This document shows, one piece after another, positions 1 through 12,833 of a stretch of 64,000 bases of DNA. A program made the translations under genes and the position numbers. Where the stretch lies: assembly GCA_951406725.2 (NCBI GenBank), contig OX597823.1:77562001-77626000 (forward strand), given 5' to 3'. Numbering within the stretch: position 1 is the first letter of the stretch; each line of letters starts with the position of its first letter. This DNA comes from Octopus vulgaris. Lineage: Eukaryota. The notes beneath the pieces were generated by a model, which did not search any database, had not been told where the DNA came from, and saw nothing but the letters and a program-made list of their open reading frames with translations.

Positions 1-389
1 TTTAACAGTTAATCCGTTAACCAAAAAGTTAACTTCAATAACTGTTGATCAGTTAATTCTTTAAAAATGTAACAGAAGTTATCAATAAACCATTAACGTT
101 AATCTTTATTATAGAAAAAAACAAAAAAATGAGTTTTTGCTCTAAAATTACCTAAAAACACCTTTAAAAAGTGCCCAAACTATAAAAATCAGCCATTTTT
201 GGCCTTTTTAAGGGCTTTAGAACCCCAAAACTATATAATGCGTCATATGTAAATAAAAAGTTTGTTTTTGAAGCATCAAAATGTATTGTAGAGCATGTAG
301 AAAGATAAATTTTTTCAACACGTAAATACTGAACAGTATATATATATATATATATATATGAGGATAATGATGTATATCCTATATATAAA

Positions 390-528
390 TGGTACTTATT
401 TAATCGACCCTAAAAGGATGAAAGGCAAAGTCGACCTTGGCAGAATTTGAACTCAGAACGTAACAGCAGATGAAATACCTCAAAGCATTTCTCCCCTGGC
501 GTGCTAACAATTCTGCCAGTGCATTGCC
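390..528 (-). mobile_element. tRNA-derived SINE family A, partial copy
   Basis: Reverse complement matches the 14694-14917 copy (CTGGCAGAA.TGTTAGCAC...TTCTGAGTTCAAATTC...GTCGACTTTGCCTTTCATCCTTT...AAGTACCA); 3' tail missing. Confidence 0.85.
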
Positions 529-1122
529 CTCTATCAAATTCCATTAACAAAGCATTAGAAAACATGAATCTATAGTTGAAGACCTTTGCCTCAGTTACAG
601 CAACAGTGGCATTTAACTCCAAACCTCATGGTTTTAAAGACAAACTCCTTAACCACATAACTAAGTCTGCATGCAGTGAAGCACTCAGCTGAAGCTAATA
701 CATTATAGCTATGCTTTCAAGAAAATTATTAACATCAGAATATCTTTATACTTCTAATATTTTTTCATTCTCCAAACTAGTTTCAATCTTTGGACTGCAA
801 ACCACACTAACACACCACCTTCAAAGATTTTTGGTTCAATGTATTGAATCTAGCTCTTCTACTAATTTTATTGATCCTGTTATTGACTGGCTAAGCCGTT
901 CTTGGCGTAGATCAATATCTGAATACCACAAGGTATTTGTATTCAACACAACAATTTTCACCATTATACTCACACTCGCATACACGAATGCAAGCACATA
1001 CATGTTCATACACATTCACACACATGCAAGCATATATGTATTTGCATATCTATATGTATATATATTTGCTTATTTATATGCTTATGTATATGCATATATA
1101 TATATGTATGCGCCTATAGATT

Positions 1123-1153
<31 letters not shown>

Positions 1154-1174
1154 ATCCATATATGCACATATACA

Positions 1175-1404
1175 CTTTTGTTTAATATGTATGACCTTAT
1201 AGGAACATTGCTGTTTCAATACATATTGTATTTCATCAGAGGTCAGAGATAGATAAATATTGGAAATCCACAATATCTATACATATTTTGACCCCAGTGT
1301 AAATGTTGTGCATTTTCAATATTTATCTATCTCTAACTGTAGATGAGATAGAGTGTATGTTGATACTGTTACTTTCCTATAAGGTTATACATCTGATATA
1401 AAAG
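1175..1404. repeat. Long imperfect fold-back (about 110 bp arms)
   Basis: Left ATGTATGACCTTATAGGAA...AGAGATAGATAAATATTGGAAATCCACAA pairs with right TTGTGCATTTTCAATATTTATCTATCTCT...TTCCTATAAGGTTATACAT; centre near 1290. Confidence 0.85.
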
Positions 1405-1739
1405 AACATACACTATATTTACATTGCATGAAGACATTCGTTGCACTAAGAATTCTTTGATTTTAATTATAATACTTATTTTGATGCCATTCCACTTAAG
1501 ACTGCTCCTGCCTGGTTCCATGATCCTAAAATTTCTGTTTTAAAGTGATGTGAATTGAAACCTTTCCATCTAAATTTCATACTTATTGTGTATATCTAGT
1601 TCACTAAATTCTTTGTTATATTTTAAACTATTTGAAATAAAGGTTGTGTATAAAGCAAATTTATATTTTCAAAACCCTTTTGTACTCAATGACACACTTG
1701 ACAATCCATTAGTGTCCACATACTTGATATTATTTTATA

Positions 1740-1955
1740 ATAATAGTAATAATAATGAAATTATTGTATACAGTGCTCAGGTGCACCAGAACTTATCAAA
1801 AGTGCATATAAAGCATATGCAGTAATGTACAAATGTCTGGAAAGTGAACAGTGTATGAGTCAGATACATGCTTGAGTGTGTATGGAGGGGAGAAAAATCA
1901 GGTGTAGTGTTGGCGAATCTCAGGAAGCATGGAGGTTTTGAAGGATGCAGTGCTA
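1740..1955 (-). mobile_element. CR1/L2-type LINE 3' end fragment
   Basis: Minus strand reads STASFKTSMLPEIRQHYT*, then a 3' UTR and (TTA)n tail; homologous to 14270-14560. Confidence 0.65.
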
Positions 1956-1979
1956 AGGATTTTAGTACTAATTAAGCAT

Positions 1980-2036
1980 TATCATTAAGTCCCAATTAAG
2001 CATTATATATATATGCTTAATTGGGACTTAACGATA
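1980..2036. repeat. Near-perfect palindrome around a (TA)n loop
   Basis: TATCATTAAGTCCCAATTAAGCAT versus ATGCTTAATTGGGACTTAACGATA (23/24 complementary). Confidence 0.9.
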
Positions 2037-2900
2037 GGCCAACAAGTCTTAGGATCTGACGATACACCATAAAGAGACTCTTTTTGGTGAGAAATGCAGG
2101 GTAACACTATAAACAGGCTTTCACCAGTAAGATATATATATATATATATACAAAATATTATATAAATAATATATATAAATAATATTATAATATATATAAA
2201 TATTATTATTAATTATATATATTATATATTATTTATATTAATATATTTATATTATTATATGATCGAGCACCATGCATCTTTTTCCATGTAAGTTTTATCT
2301 ATATATATATATGTAATTTTTGTTTTTATGTTCTTTTATCATAAAAACATTTTACATTAATCTGCTGGGTTACTCTGTACTTTTGCAGAGTAAAAATATA
2401 TACATATCTCTGTGTATATAATCAATGGTATTCCAAATATGACCATCTCTCATTGTGTACGTCATAGGTTATATTGTTCAGCATATCCGTTTTAAAAAAT
2501 TATTTGGAAACTACAGGAAATTTGGCTGTTATTTCTAGCATAACGATCAACTACACACGGGTACTCGCCTTGATGTTGCTTAGCAGACATTCCAAACTTA
2601 ACCATCCCATAATTTTTATCTGACACAGTGTACTCAGCACCACATTATCTCATGCATTCGTTTTTCATAAGTTCATCTGATGGGTGTATTTGATCTGCCT
2701 CTAACATTTGGTATCCTAGAACCACATAATTGATTCTCTGTGATTTCTACATCAACTCCTCTCATCTCAGCTCTATTTCTATTTCTTTAAATAACATAAC
2801 ATTTTTCATCTAACTTGTTACGGACAGGAAGAGATCTTGTGTTGCTCTGATGTTTTAGATATGAAGCTCAGACTAAATTAGTCTGAGCTCCATATCTTAA

Positions 2901-3120
2901 CCCTTTCGTTACCAACCTGGCTGAAACCAGTTCTGGCTCTGAGTACAAATGTCTTGTTTTCATAAGTTTTGAATTAAAATCATCCAGCAAACCTTAGTCA
3001 CAATTTATGTTCCTATCACTAGCTTCAATATAACTAAGTTATTTTACTAAATTCTTTATTATATTTATAGTAATTGAAAGAAACATGGAGCATCTCAAAA
3101 TTAATACAGTAACGAAAGGG
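2901..3120. mobile_element. piggyBac-type MITE (220 bp)
   Basis: TIRs CCCTTTCGTTAC / GTAACGAAAGGG; TTAA target duplications at 2897-2900 and 3121-3124; two more copies at 23182 and 23605. Confidence 0.92.
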
Positions 3121-3681
3121 TTAAATATCAGAGCCAATGATATGATCCTTGATAATTTGTGGTGGCACTTTCATGTCTGACTGGGGACCGACCATTCTAT
3201 GGCTTTTATAATCTTCTACAAAATCATACTCTTTTCAATTACATTTCAACAGTTTTATCCTAAGCATAGACTACATCTGTTCTCTCCATGTCGTTTTTGA
3301 ATTTAGTATTTATTTTACACAACAATAATATTTGTCTCTAATTTTCTCAAAACAATCTAGAATGTTTTATCTTGTGTTGACCATTATAGATAATTGCAAG
3401 TCTGAGCTTGTTCATCTTCTCCTTCCTTATTTTTATTATCATCTCATCAAATTACCACATTTTTAAAATCCTGTTAAAATCCAGATATTTCTGCCTATAA
3501 ATCCTGCAAGTGTTGTGAAAATTTTTTCAACAGGTTGTCATCCCTTTAAAAATAATTTCAAGATATCAAGCACATGAAACATGGTTTATGACAGACAAGT
3601 TAGCATTTTGAACAAACTTGAAACTAGAATTATCAGTTATTTTTTTATGTTTCTATGCCTCTTTTATCTTCTTTAAAGTTC

Positions 3682-3720
<39 letters not shown>

Positions 3721-3842
3721 CTTTTCAGGTTCTTTTCCTTTAATTACTGATTGAGATTTTTATTTTTTTCCTTTTAAGTTGGCAATGTGTGTCTGTGTAT
3801 GTGCTCACGCATACATCACTCTTCTTTCTCTCTCTTTCTCTT

Positions 3843-3879
<37 letters not shown>

Positions 3880-3938
3880 CAGTCAGTTACAGAAGATTCA
3901 GCAGCTTCAGATATTCTGATCCCCATTTTCAGAACCTT

Positions 3939-4068
3939 TAATCATTTTACACTCAATCTGCCTGGAGGGCCACTTCTGGTTCTATGACACAAACTTTGTT
4001 TTAAAGTGATCTAAATTAAAATCTTCCAGCAATGTTTCGTGTTAATTCAGGTTCCATACACCAGCATG

Positions 4069-4132
<64 letters not shown>

Positions 4133-4383
4133 CAAAGTCATTTAACTAAAGTCTTCATTATACTGAAAGTTAATTGAAACAATGGCAGAGTATTTCCACA
4201 GAAATATGCCAACAAAATGGTTAAAATTGTTTAAATTTAAACCGTTCATCAAAATTTCATGTTAATTTGTTCCAAACTTGAACTCAATATTGACAAAGTT
4301 ATTTTATTAAATTTTTCATTATTTTCTAAATTAATTGAAACAAAGATGGTATATTCCAACAGAAATACTCTAACAAAAGTGTT
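3939..4383. mobile_element. Older diverged relatives of the TTAA MITE (one near-full copy with an internal (TAA)n expansion, then a partial copy)
   Basis: Colinear similarity to 2901-3120 (TTCTGGTTCTATGACACAAA...AATTAAAATCTTCCAGCAA...TTAATTGAAAC...GGTTAA). Similar remnants at about 1470-1650 and, reversed, at about 25208-25400. Confidence 0.6.
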
Positions 4384-4438
4384 CAAGACTTTTTCTGACC
4401 TTCAACTTGTTCTAATGTTACATTGAATTTATTGTTAA

Positions 4439-4615
4439 CTAGCAGTATCACCCGGCGTTGCTTGGGTTTGTTTTGACCCTTTAGAATTGGAATTTTTGAA
4501 AAGTAAATATTTTGCATTATGTAGCTTGTTATTCTCTTTAAGTGAGTATTTTTCTGATTGAAATACACCGAAAAATGGCGACACAGCAGTAAAAAAATCG
4601 TAAAAATAGAGAATT
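4439..4615 (-). mobile_element. Non-autonomous Helitron, 3' fragment
   Basis: Matches the 3' part of 52165-52556, including the subterminal hairpin and CTAG end. Confidence 0.85.
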
Positions 4616-4780
4616 TTAATACATGCATATGATCGCTTCGAATTGCAATATTAATATATAAATACTGCAGTTTGAAACGGTCGTATGCATGTATTAAAAT
4701 TCTTTTTAAAAATTTTAACATTTCTTCTCCATCATTTAACAGTCTGTTGAGTTTCTATGGGGTACCTTTCCATAAATTCT

Positions 4781-5016
4781 CAGGGTGGCCCCAAAAGTAG
4801 GTTTACACATATCCCATACGCACTTTAAATTTCTTTTAAAACATTTTATTACATTTAAATTTCTATCTTATAAACTGAAAAGGGAGCTTGACAAAATTAA
4901 CTAAATTAGCATAGAATATTAGTTTCATATTTTTTTATAATTAAGATCTAAACTGTTAATATATGAATGCTAAAGAGATAGTTGAATAACTCTAAACCTA
5001 CATTTGGACCACCCTG
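4781..5016. mobile_element. Tc1/mariner-type MITE
   Basis: TIRs CAGGGTGGCCCCAAAAGTAGGTTTA / TAAACCTACATTTGGACCACCCTG, followed by TA at 5017-5018; the left TA is lost. Confidence 0.7.
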
Positions 5017-5036
5017 TATGTACATATCCAAACAAG

Positions 5037-5190
5037 ACATTTTCTCTCCTTGGTTTTCTGTGTCCCTTTCTGTAGAAGGGCATAGGCTCGAAACGTAAAA
5101 GACTTTTTCTATTCCTGAGCATTATACTAATGCATCTGTTTGTTTTGTACACCACCTGTTTTCGTCTTTTGTTTTTTCGTGAACTCTCCC
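5037..5190 (+). mobile_element. Short dispersed element with a hammerhead-like core (family E)
   Basis: Homologous to 40907-41110 and 17870-18075; contains CTTT-CTGTAGA-A-GGGC-ATAG-GCTC-GAAAC-GTA-AAAG at 5066-5101. Confidence 0.75.
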
Positions 5191-6171
5191 CAAGACATAC
5201 ACACAGACAGACACACAGGCACACAGACACATACATGCATGCATGATGGGCTTCTTTTAGTTTTTGTCAACCAAATCACCTTCAAATCTTTGGTTGGTCC
5301 AAAGTACCATGCAGTGGGACTGAACCCAAAACCATATGTTTGGCAAGCAATCTTCTTAACCACACAACCATGCCCGCATCGTCAATCAGTTATTAATAAT
5401 TAACCTGCACTGTATTTATTAATAGATGACCTTTACAACTGCAACTGCCTTGTCAGCATAGTTTTTACTCACCAGGTAAGACGCTATTCTTATCCAGCTA
5501 TGCATTTAATCTGTGCAAGTGTATTGATCAGAGAGGCTTATATGTAATCAATAGACTAACAATAAGTCTTTAATTCTTCATTGCTTGTCTTCCCAGATTT
5601 AGCTGTTAGGTTTCATCTCGTGATAAGCTAATCTTACATTGTCTTTGGTTTAATGTTAAGGGATCTGGAATACTTTGCTAGCATTTAACCCTCTAGCTTT
5701 AAAACCAACCATATCCACCTCAAATAGTCTACCTGTTTTATGTTCAAGGTAGCATCTCACACCTACCCTGCAGCATCATTCTAAAAGTATACAATTACAT
5801 ATCACATCTCAAGCAGTGAAATAAAGTCACTTCTGTATAAATCCTGTGAAACTTTGAACAGTGCATCTTTTGGTGGGGTTTTGTTGGGTTTTTTTGTGTG
5901 TGTATTTGTTTTTTTTAATTTTCTGTGTGTGAGTGTATGTTTGTGTTTTATAACATTTAAGGTAGGTATTAAATATTTTTGCAATGACTAGTTTGGTTTC
6001 AGCAAGTGGTGATTCTAAGCTGGAAGAATTTACACTTGGTGACATACAAAATGCAGAACAAAAAAAAAAAAGGAAAACAAAGGGACTTGTCTCTGGATGA
6101 ATCAGATATAGATGCTTCTGATTTTGTCTAGCAGGGAAGAGTATTTTATTATAGGCACAGGAGTGGCTTGA

Positions 6172-6522
6172 TACTTTGGGAATCAGACAAAAATTGCTGC
6201 AGTTTGGCTGGGATGTGTTACCCCACACTCCATATTCACCAGATATTGCTCCTTTGATTTCCACTTATTCAGGTCTCTGCAGAATAGTCTTAATGGTAAA
6301 AATTTCAATTCCTTGGATGACATTAAAAGAAACCTTGCTGAATTCTTTGCCATGAAACCACCTCAATTCTGGGAAGAGGGTATTTTTAAGTTAAAGGAAA
6401 GATGGAAGCACATTGTGCAACAAAATGGTTCATATTTCGTTGATTAAAAATGCAACGGCAAGTATTTATTGACTTTTATCTTTCCTTTAAAAATCGGCAT
6501 GAACTTTCCGGACAACCCAATA
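6172..6522 (+). pseudogene. Mariner transposase C-terminal fragment with 3' TIR
   Basis: Reads IRQKLLQFGWDVLPHTPYSPDIAP, a frameshift, then DFHLFRSLQNSLNGKNF...GIFKLKERWKHIVQQNGSYFVD* (stop 6445-6447). Contains the mariner YSPD(L/I)AP motif and ends in TIR-like GAACTTTCCGGACAACCCAA plus TA. Confidence 0.92.
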
Positions 6523-7269
6523 GATTTGATGGATGGAGTGAGTTAATGTATAGCACAAGTGTTTAATCGCTATAACCAAATTATCTGTGCCAGCTGTTCA
6601 ATAAGAAACTTGTAGAATCATCTTTCTTGGACTCAAGAGACTATCATTATTATATTATTACATATCCTTGATTTTAGCGAAAATGCATAATTACAAATCA
6701 GCAATGCTCAAACACCTACTGACAAAAATTTCAAATCTATTCATTCAAAATTAACAATGTTATAAATATTGTTGGTACCCTCTTGAGCATGATTGATTGA
6801 AAACAGCGTGAATAAATAAGCATTACCTTTGACAGAATAATCTAAATGCTAAAGAGTTTAATGTCCACTTGCTTAAATATTTCAAACATAATCTAGGTGG
6901 TGTTATTTAAACTACAATCAATGATTATCTACGATCGTAGGTATTGTCTACAGCGGGTCTTTTTAGTGATGTCTAGGAATTTATTATTAAATGTACCCAT
7001 TTGTATACAAGACAGTAAGTTTGGTTGGAAGGAGATCTAGTTACTACTTCTGGCCAATACAGCAAGCACATAGCAGCTCTCTTATTGGCGCCAAGATAGT
7101 TTTATGTTTACTAATGGTTTTTCTGAATAATAGTTCCATGAAGTACATTAAAGATTTACATCATTAATCTAATTACATTTGATTCTTGATTTCCTTTTCT
7201 TTGCTCCTTCTATCATTACATTCAATTACTAGTTTTATTCTGTGCAGGGGGAATATAAATAGTTGGGGG

Positions 7270-7723
7270 GGATATGAATTTTACTTCCCAACCACATGGT
7301 TTCAGGTTCAATACCAAGGCATGGCACCTTGGGTAATGTCTTTTATTTTAGCCCTGGACTGGTTAAAACCTTGTGAATGAATCTGGCTGAAGGAAACTGA
7401 AAGAAGCCCGTTGTATATGATATGTATGTGTGTATGGGTGTGCATAGTTGTGACTGTGTTTAAGTGTTACTGTCTTCTTGCTTCGACACTACATGACATT
7501 AATAGGCAAGTGTCACCATCGTATGAGTGGTTGCCTTTCATTTCCCACCTTCTGAGACATGCCTGCTCATGAGGAAATATTAGTTCACTGGGAAACAGAT
7601 GAGTGTTGGTGACAGGAAGGGCACCCAGCTGTAGAAAATCCACCTCAACAAATTCTGTCTAACCCATGCGAGCATGAAAAAATGGATGTTAAAAAGTGAT
7701 GATGGTGATTATGATGATGATGA
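7270..7723 (+). mobile_element. Old SINE with family-B head and RTE-like tail
   Basis: Head CCCAACCACATGGTTTCAGGTTCAA...CACCTTGGG; tail AGGAAGGGCACCCAGCTGTAGAAAA...CCCATGCGAGCATG..GATGTTAA(GAT)n. Similar copies at about 13150-13830 and 39570-40110. Confidence 0.7.
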
Positions 7724-8299
7724 ATTTGTTGCCTAAAAACTCATTTATTACATTTCAAGTTGGTGTGTCATTTTGCTCTTGTTTTTGTTTAATTACTGAA
7801 AGTTTGCTGTTGTAGTTTTTAAAAGGTTTTTTTATGGTGGGTCAGGACCTATTATTAAAATTTACAGTTTCATTAGTGGAAGAAAAGAAATTTAACTGAA
7901 TCAATATTATTCTTATAATTGGTAGAATAGTGAAGGCATGAAGCTGGCAGAATTATTATCGTGCTGAACAAAGTGGTTAGTGGTACTGGCTCTAGAATGA
8001 AGTATGCTTCGAGGATACAAACCCAGGTCCAAAAACTTTTACAAACAAGGTCTTACTGTTCTTTTTTATTTACTTTTGTTCTTTGTTCTTTGAGAAGAAA
8101 TCTAACTTTGAGCTACTTTTTACAGATCACTTTTTATTCACTGTTTTCTAAACCTCATAAAAGTAAGTATATGGCCACAGTCAAATGACTGAAACAAGTA
8201 AAAGAGTAAATAAATACCAGTTGAGTGCCAGGATTGATATAATCAACTAACGACCTTCCTAAAATTTCAGGCCTTGTGCCTAATGGTAAATGGATTATT

Positions 8300-8880
8300 G
8301 GTAGAATGATGGATTAAATACATTGTGAAATCTAGCCATGGGTTCACACTGAGTTCAAATCCAGTCAATATTACCTTTGCTTTTCATCATCCCAGGGTTT
8401 AGTAAAAAAAACTACCAGCTGGTTGGTTTGACCAGTTTACCTCTTTCCCATATATTTCTGGTCTTGTAGGCTTAGCTGACAAAATAGTAAGAGCATCAGA
8501 GAAAATGTCTTGTAGAATTTATTCTGATTCCTCATTACAATCTGAGTTCAAATCCTACTTTCACTTTTATTCCTCTAGGGTTCATAAAATAAAGTACCAA
8601 AGTCAAATACTAGGGTTAATGGTAACGACTAACCCCTCAACCTCAAAAATGCAGGCTTTGTGCCTTAGAACCTTTATTGTGGTGACATTAGCATGTCAGA
8701 CAAATATGCTCTGTGGCATTACTGCTGACTCTCTACATTCTGAGTTCAAATCTAGCTGAGGTCAGCTTTGCTTTTCATTCATTTAAGGTCAATAAGTACC
8801 ATTCAGGTACTGGGATTAATGTAATGACTTATTTCCTACTCTCACATTGCTGGCCTTGTGCCAAAATGAGAGAGAATTAT
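8300..8880 (+). mobile_element. Cluster of successive degenerate family-A SINE copies
   Basis: Three recurrences of CTGAGTTCAAATC...TTT(G)CTTTTCAT...AAGTACCA...GGCCTTGTGCC. Confidence 0.6.
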
Positions 8881-9444
8881 TATAATTAAAATTTTTAAAT
8901 AAATGAGAAGCCAAGATTTAATTATATAATATTTAATATTTTTATTAATTTAATGTTTTTATCATAAATCAAATGACCAATTAAATGTGTTGCAATATTT
9001 AGATATGGACCCTTAGATTCTGAGATCAAATCTCGCCATAGCCTGCTTTATTTATCATAGTTTAGGGGGCTGATCAAATAAGTATTAGTCATGAACTGGG
9101 GTCAATCTAATTAACTGGTTAATTTCTCAAAATATGTGAGACATCATCAATTGAATGTTTATTGGCAGTCAATCCCTGTGTCATAGTAGGTCATCTTGTT
9201 CTAATCTAAAGAAACAGAGAAATCACCACCACAACCACCTCAACTACCATCATACTGGTTATACTAGTGGCAGTGGGGGTGGTGATTATAATGGTGGTGG
9301 TGGTGGTGGTTATGATAGTGGTGGTGGTGGAGGTTATGATAGTGGTGGTGGTTGTGGTGGAGGTTATGATAGTGGTGGTGTGATGGCAGCAGTGGTGGCG
9401 ATGGTGACAGTAGCAATAGTAACAGCAGCATCAGCAGCAGCAGC

Positions 9445-9502
<58 letters not shown>

Positions 9503-10825
9503 ATGCTGTTGCTCTAATTAAACTGGAAATGTTCCAACAGGAATATCTGAGATGAAAAGATTAAGACAAAAATAACTAAAACAAACAAAATAAGCAAGCA
9601 AACAAACAAACAAACAAACAAACAAACAAAAACCCAAAATAAAGACAGAAAGAAAAAACATAAATAAAAAAAAAGAAATTATACAAATCAATCAATAAAA
9701 AAAATGAGAGAAAAATAAATGAAGATGAGAGAAAAAAGGAAAATATGAGCTTTTAATCTAAAAACTACAGCACTCTATTTTGACGGTTTCTTGCAAATAT
9801 ATTATGAGGCCGAGTGCAGCAAAGTTACTGCACTAACCCTATTAGTATGTGCATAAACTAATTTATGATTGGTACACTGATGAGTTGGAATAACACTGGA
9901 ACCAGCAACATACTTTGTACATTTATTTATTTATTTATTTATTTATTCATTCTTTTTTCTCTGCATGTATCATATATATGTGTGTGTGTTTGAGGTGGCA
10001 GGGGATTGTATGTGTGTGAATGTGTGTGTGTATGAATGTGTGTGTGTGAATGTGTGTGTGTGTGTGTGTGTATGTAAAGGAATGTGTTCTGATAAGTGTA
10101 TGTAAATAGGTATATATGTATTTATATATGTAAATAGGTATATATGTATGTATATAAGTATATGTACATATGTGTGCGTGTTTGTGTGTGTGTATTTGTG
10201 TGTGTGCATTTGTGTCATATATAGATATGTAGTATTGACATATACACATAGATACACATATACGTGTACATATGTGTACATTGACGTATACACATAGACA
10301 CATATACATGCACACACACACACATATATAACTTCAAACACACACACACACACACACACATACATTCACATGTATATATCTGTGTATCATATTCATAAAG
10401 ACACAAAAACTTGTTGTGTACACATACACAAAAACACATGTATATGAACACACGTAAATGCAAATATGCATGTGTGTGTTTTTATATGTGATTAAGTGCA
10501 CTCACACATGCATATACACTCACAGTATACACTCACATATGCACATAGGCAAACAAGAACAGTTACATTCATGAATGCTTATATATGCATGCATTCGTAT
10601 AGATATATGCATATTTATTAAATTATATTCCTTTCTGGTAAATTCAATTTAATAACTATCTTAGTCTTTGGCGTGTATTAAGTATTCTAATTTTGTTCGT
10701 GATAACACCTACTATCTTTTATATATACATGCATGTGTGTATGTGTTTTATATGCCTGTATGTAAGTGTATACATGTGTATATACATGAGTCTATGCAAT
10801 AGCATCTGAGAATGTGCTTCCACAT

Positions 10826-10876
10826 ATTTGTACAAATGTCTCTCTGTCAATACACACATACACTTAGCTATGTGTG

Positions 10877-10907
<31 letters not shown>

Positions 10908-11372
10908 TTATATATATATATATATGTATATATATATGTATGTATATATGTATGTAGGTGAGTATGTATATGTGTGTGTATGTGTGTCTATCTATTTATC
11001 AATCTAACTATCTATCTATCTATCTACTATCTATCTGTCTATCTATCTATATATCTATACACACATACATACACACACAGACATAAGCATTGTGTATACA
11101 CACAATGTATAAACACAGATATATTTGTACAAATATCTCTGTCAATACCTACATACACTTAGCTATGTGTATATTATATATATGTGTGTGTGTGTATGTA
11201 TGTATATATGTATGTAGGTGAGTATATATATATATATGTGTGTGTATGGGTATCTATCTATTTATCAATCAATCTATCCATCTACTATCTATCTGTCAAT
11301 CTATCTATCTATATATATATATATACACACACACATACATACACACACAGACATAATCATTGTGTATACACA
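10826..11372. repeat. Imperfect tandem duplication (about 290 bp unit) of microsatellite-rich DNA
   Basis: ATATTTGTACAAAT..CTCTGTCAATAC..ACATACACTTAGCTATGTGT, TATGTAGGTGAGTAT and ACAGACATAA.CATTGTGTATACACA each occur twice in the same order. Confidence 0.8.
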
Positions 11373-11883
11373 TAAACACAGGCAAATATTAAAATGCACG
11401 TAGACATACATGCATGCACACAAACACTCAAGCATACACATGCAGCAATTCAAAAGCCATTTCTCAGCTAAGAACATTTCCGTTTAAAAACTCTAAGACT
11501 TCCTCCACCGAAACAGGCTTACAGATTTTAAAATGTAAAATGGAATATTCCAGTGTCCTAAATAGAAATTAATTAAATGAGGAAAACAAAGGTGTATATT
11601 CACTCACACACAAACACACAGATACACATACAATAGTTCATGCACATAAATATATATATATGTTAATTTAATTATATTTGTATGTATATATATATATTGA
11701 TTCAATTATGTGTGTTTATATATATGTATACATATATGTATTACATATATATATTTATATCCTTATATACATATACATATAGTATACATATATATGCACA
11801 CATATATCTATATGCTATATACATACATATATATCTACGTAGAAATAATATATATGCATATAAATTTGTATGAATTTATATAC

Positions 11884-11932
<49 letters not shown>

Positions 11933-11999
11933 TATATGTATATGTGTATATACATATATTTATACCATATATATAGTATAAATATATGTACACATATAC

Positions 12000-12034
<35 letters not shown>

Positions 12035-12103
12035 AAATTTATATAATTATGCCTATATATCATTGTGTTGATTAATAATTTTCACAGAAGCTTGTGTGTG
12101 TGC

Positions 12104-12142
<39 letters not shown>

Positions 12143-12783
12143 CATCTGTATATGTATGAAGGTGTGTGTATGTGTGTGTCTTTCTTTTATTCTGTTCTCC
12201 TGCCATCACCTCCCACAGAATAGGTTTTCCCATCAGATGGAACTCAAACTGTTCGCAATAATCACCTCATCTAAATAATTTTAACACATCCATCCACCAC
12301 CAGTCATATCTTTCTTAACAAGTTCTAATATCTATGATTGTCTTTACTTCCTATTATATGCATATGTCTCCGTATAAACGAACACATACATATACATCTA
12401 TATACACACACATATACACAAATACATACCTAAATATATAGCTATATATAGCTATATATATATATATGGCTATATATATATATATATGTGTACACAAACA
12501 TGCACACACATATGGTTTGTATAGGGAGTGATGCTTGTGGCAATGAGAGCTAGATGGTCATCATAATTATATTATAATCATAGTCATCTTCGTGGTTGTT
12601 ATGAATGTTCATAATGACAAGAATCAGCCCAGCATTCATGATTTTAAGAAACTGTTAACACCCATATAATCATTTGATATCTTAACCAGCCTCTCTATGT
12701 TTGTAACAGGAACACTAAGTATGTGTTTGCATGTGGGGTATATGTATGTATGTATGTGTGTGTGTGTGTGTGTATGTATGTGT

Positions 12784-12833
<50 letters not shown>

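Noticed and set aside
1-340. Possible DNA transposon end with repeated GTTAA motifs
   Set aside because: Truncated by the window edge; no partner TIR or second copy is visible.
5466-5525. Overlapping splice-donor-like motifs (CAG|GTAAGA on +, CTG|GTGAGT on -)
   Set aside because: The implied minus-strand exon has stops in all three frames, and such motifs are common by chance.
9155-9517. Gly-rich GGGGYDS ORF resembling a structural protein
   Set aside because: A degenerate (GGT)n/(TAG)n microsatellite with a 21 bp sub-period; no splice or domain support.
9877-9910. CTGATGAG hammerhead core
   Set aside because: No GAAA closing stem II and no stem III or cleavage triplet.
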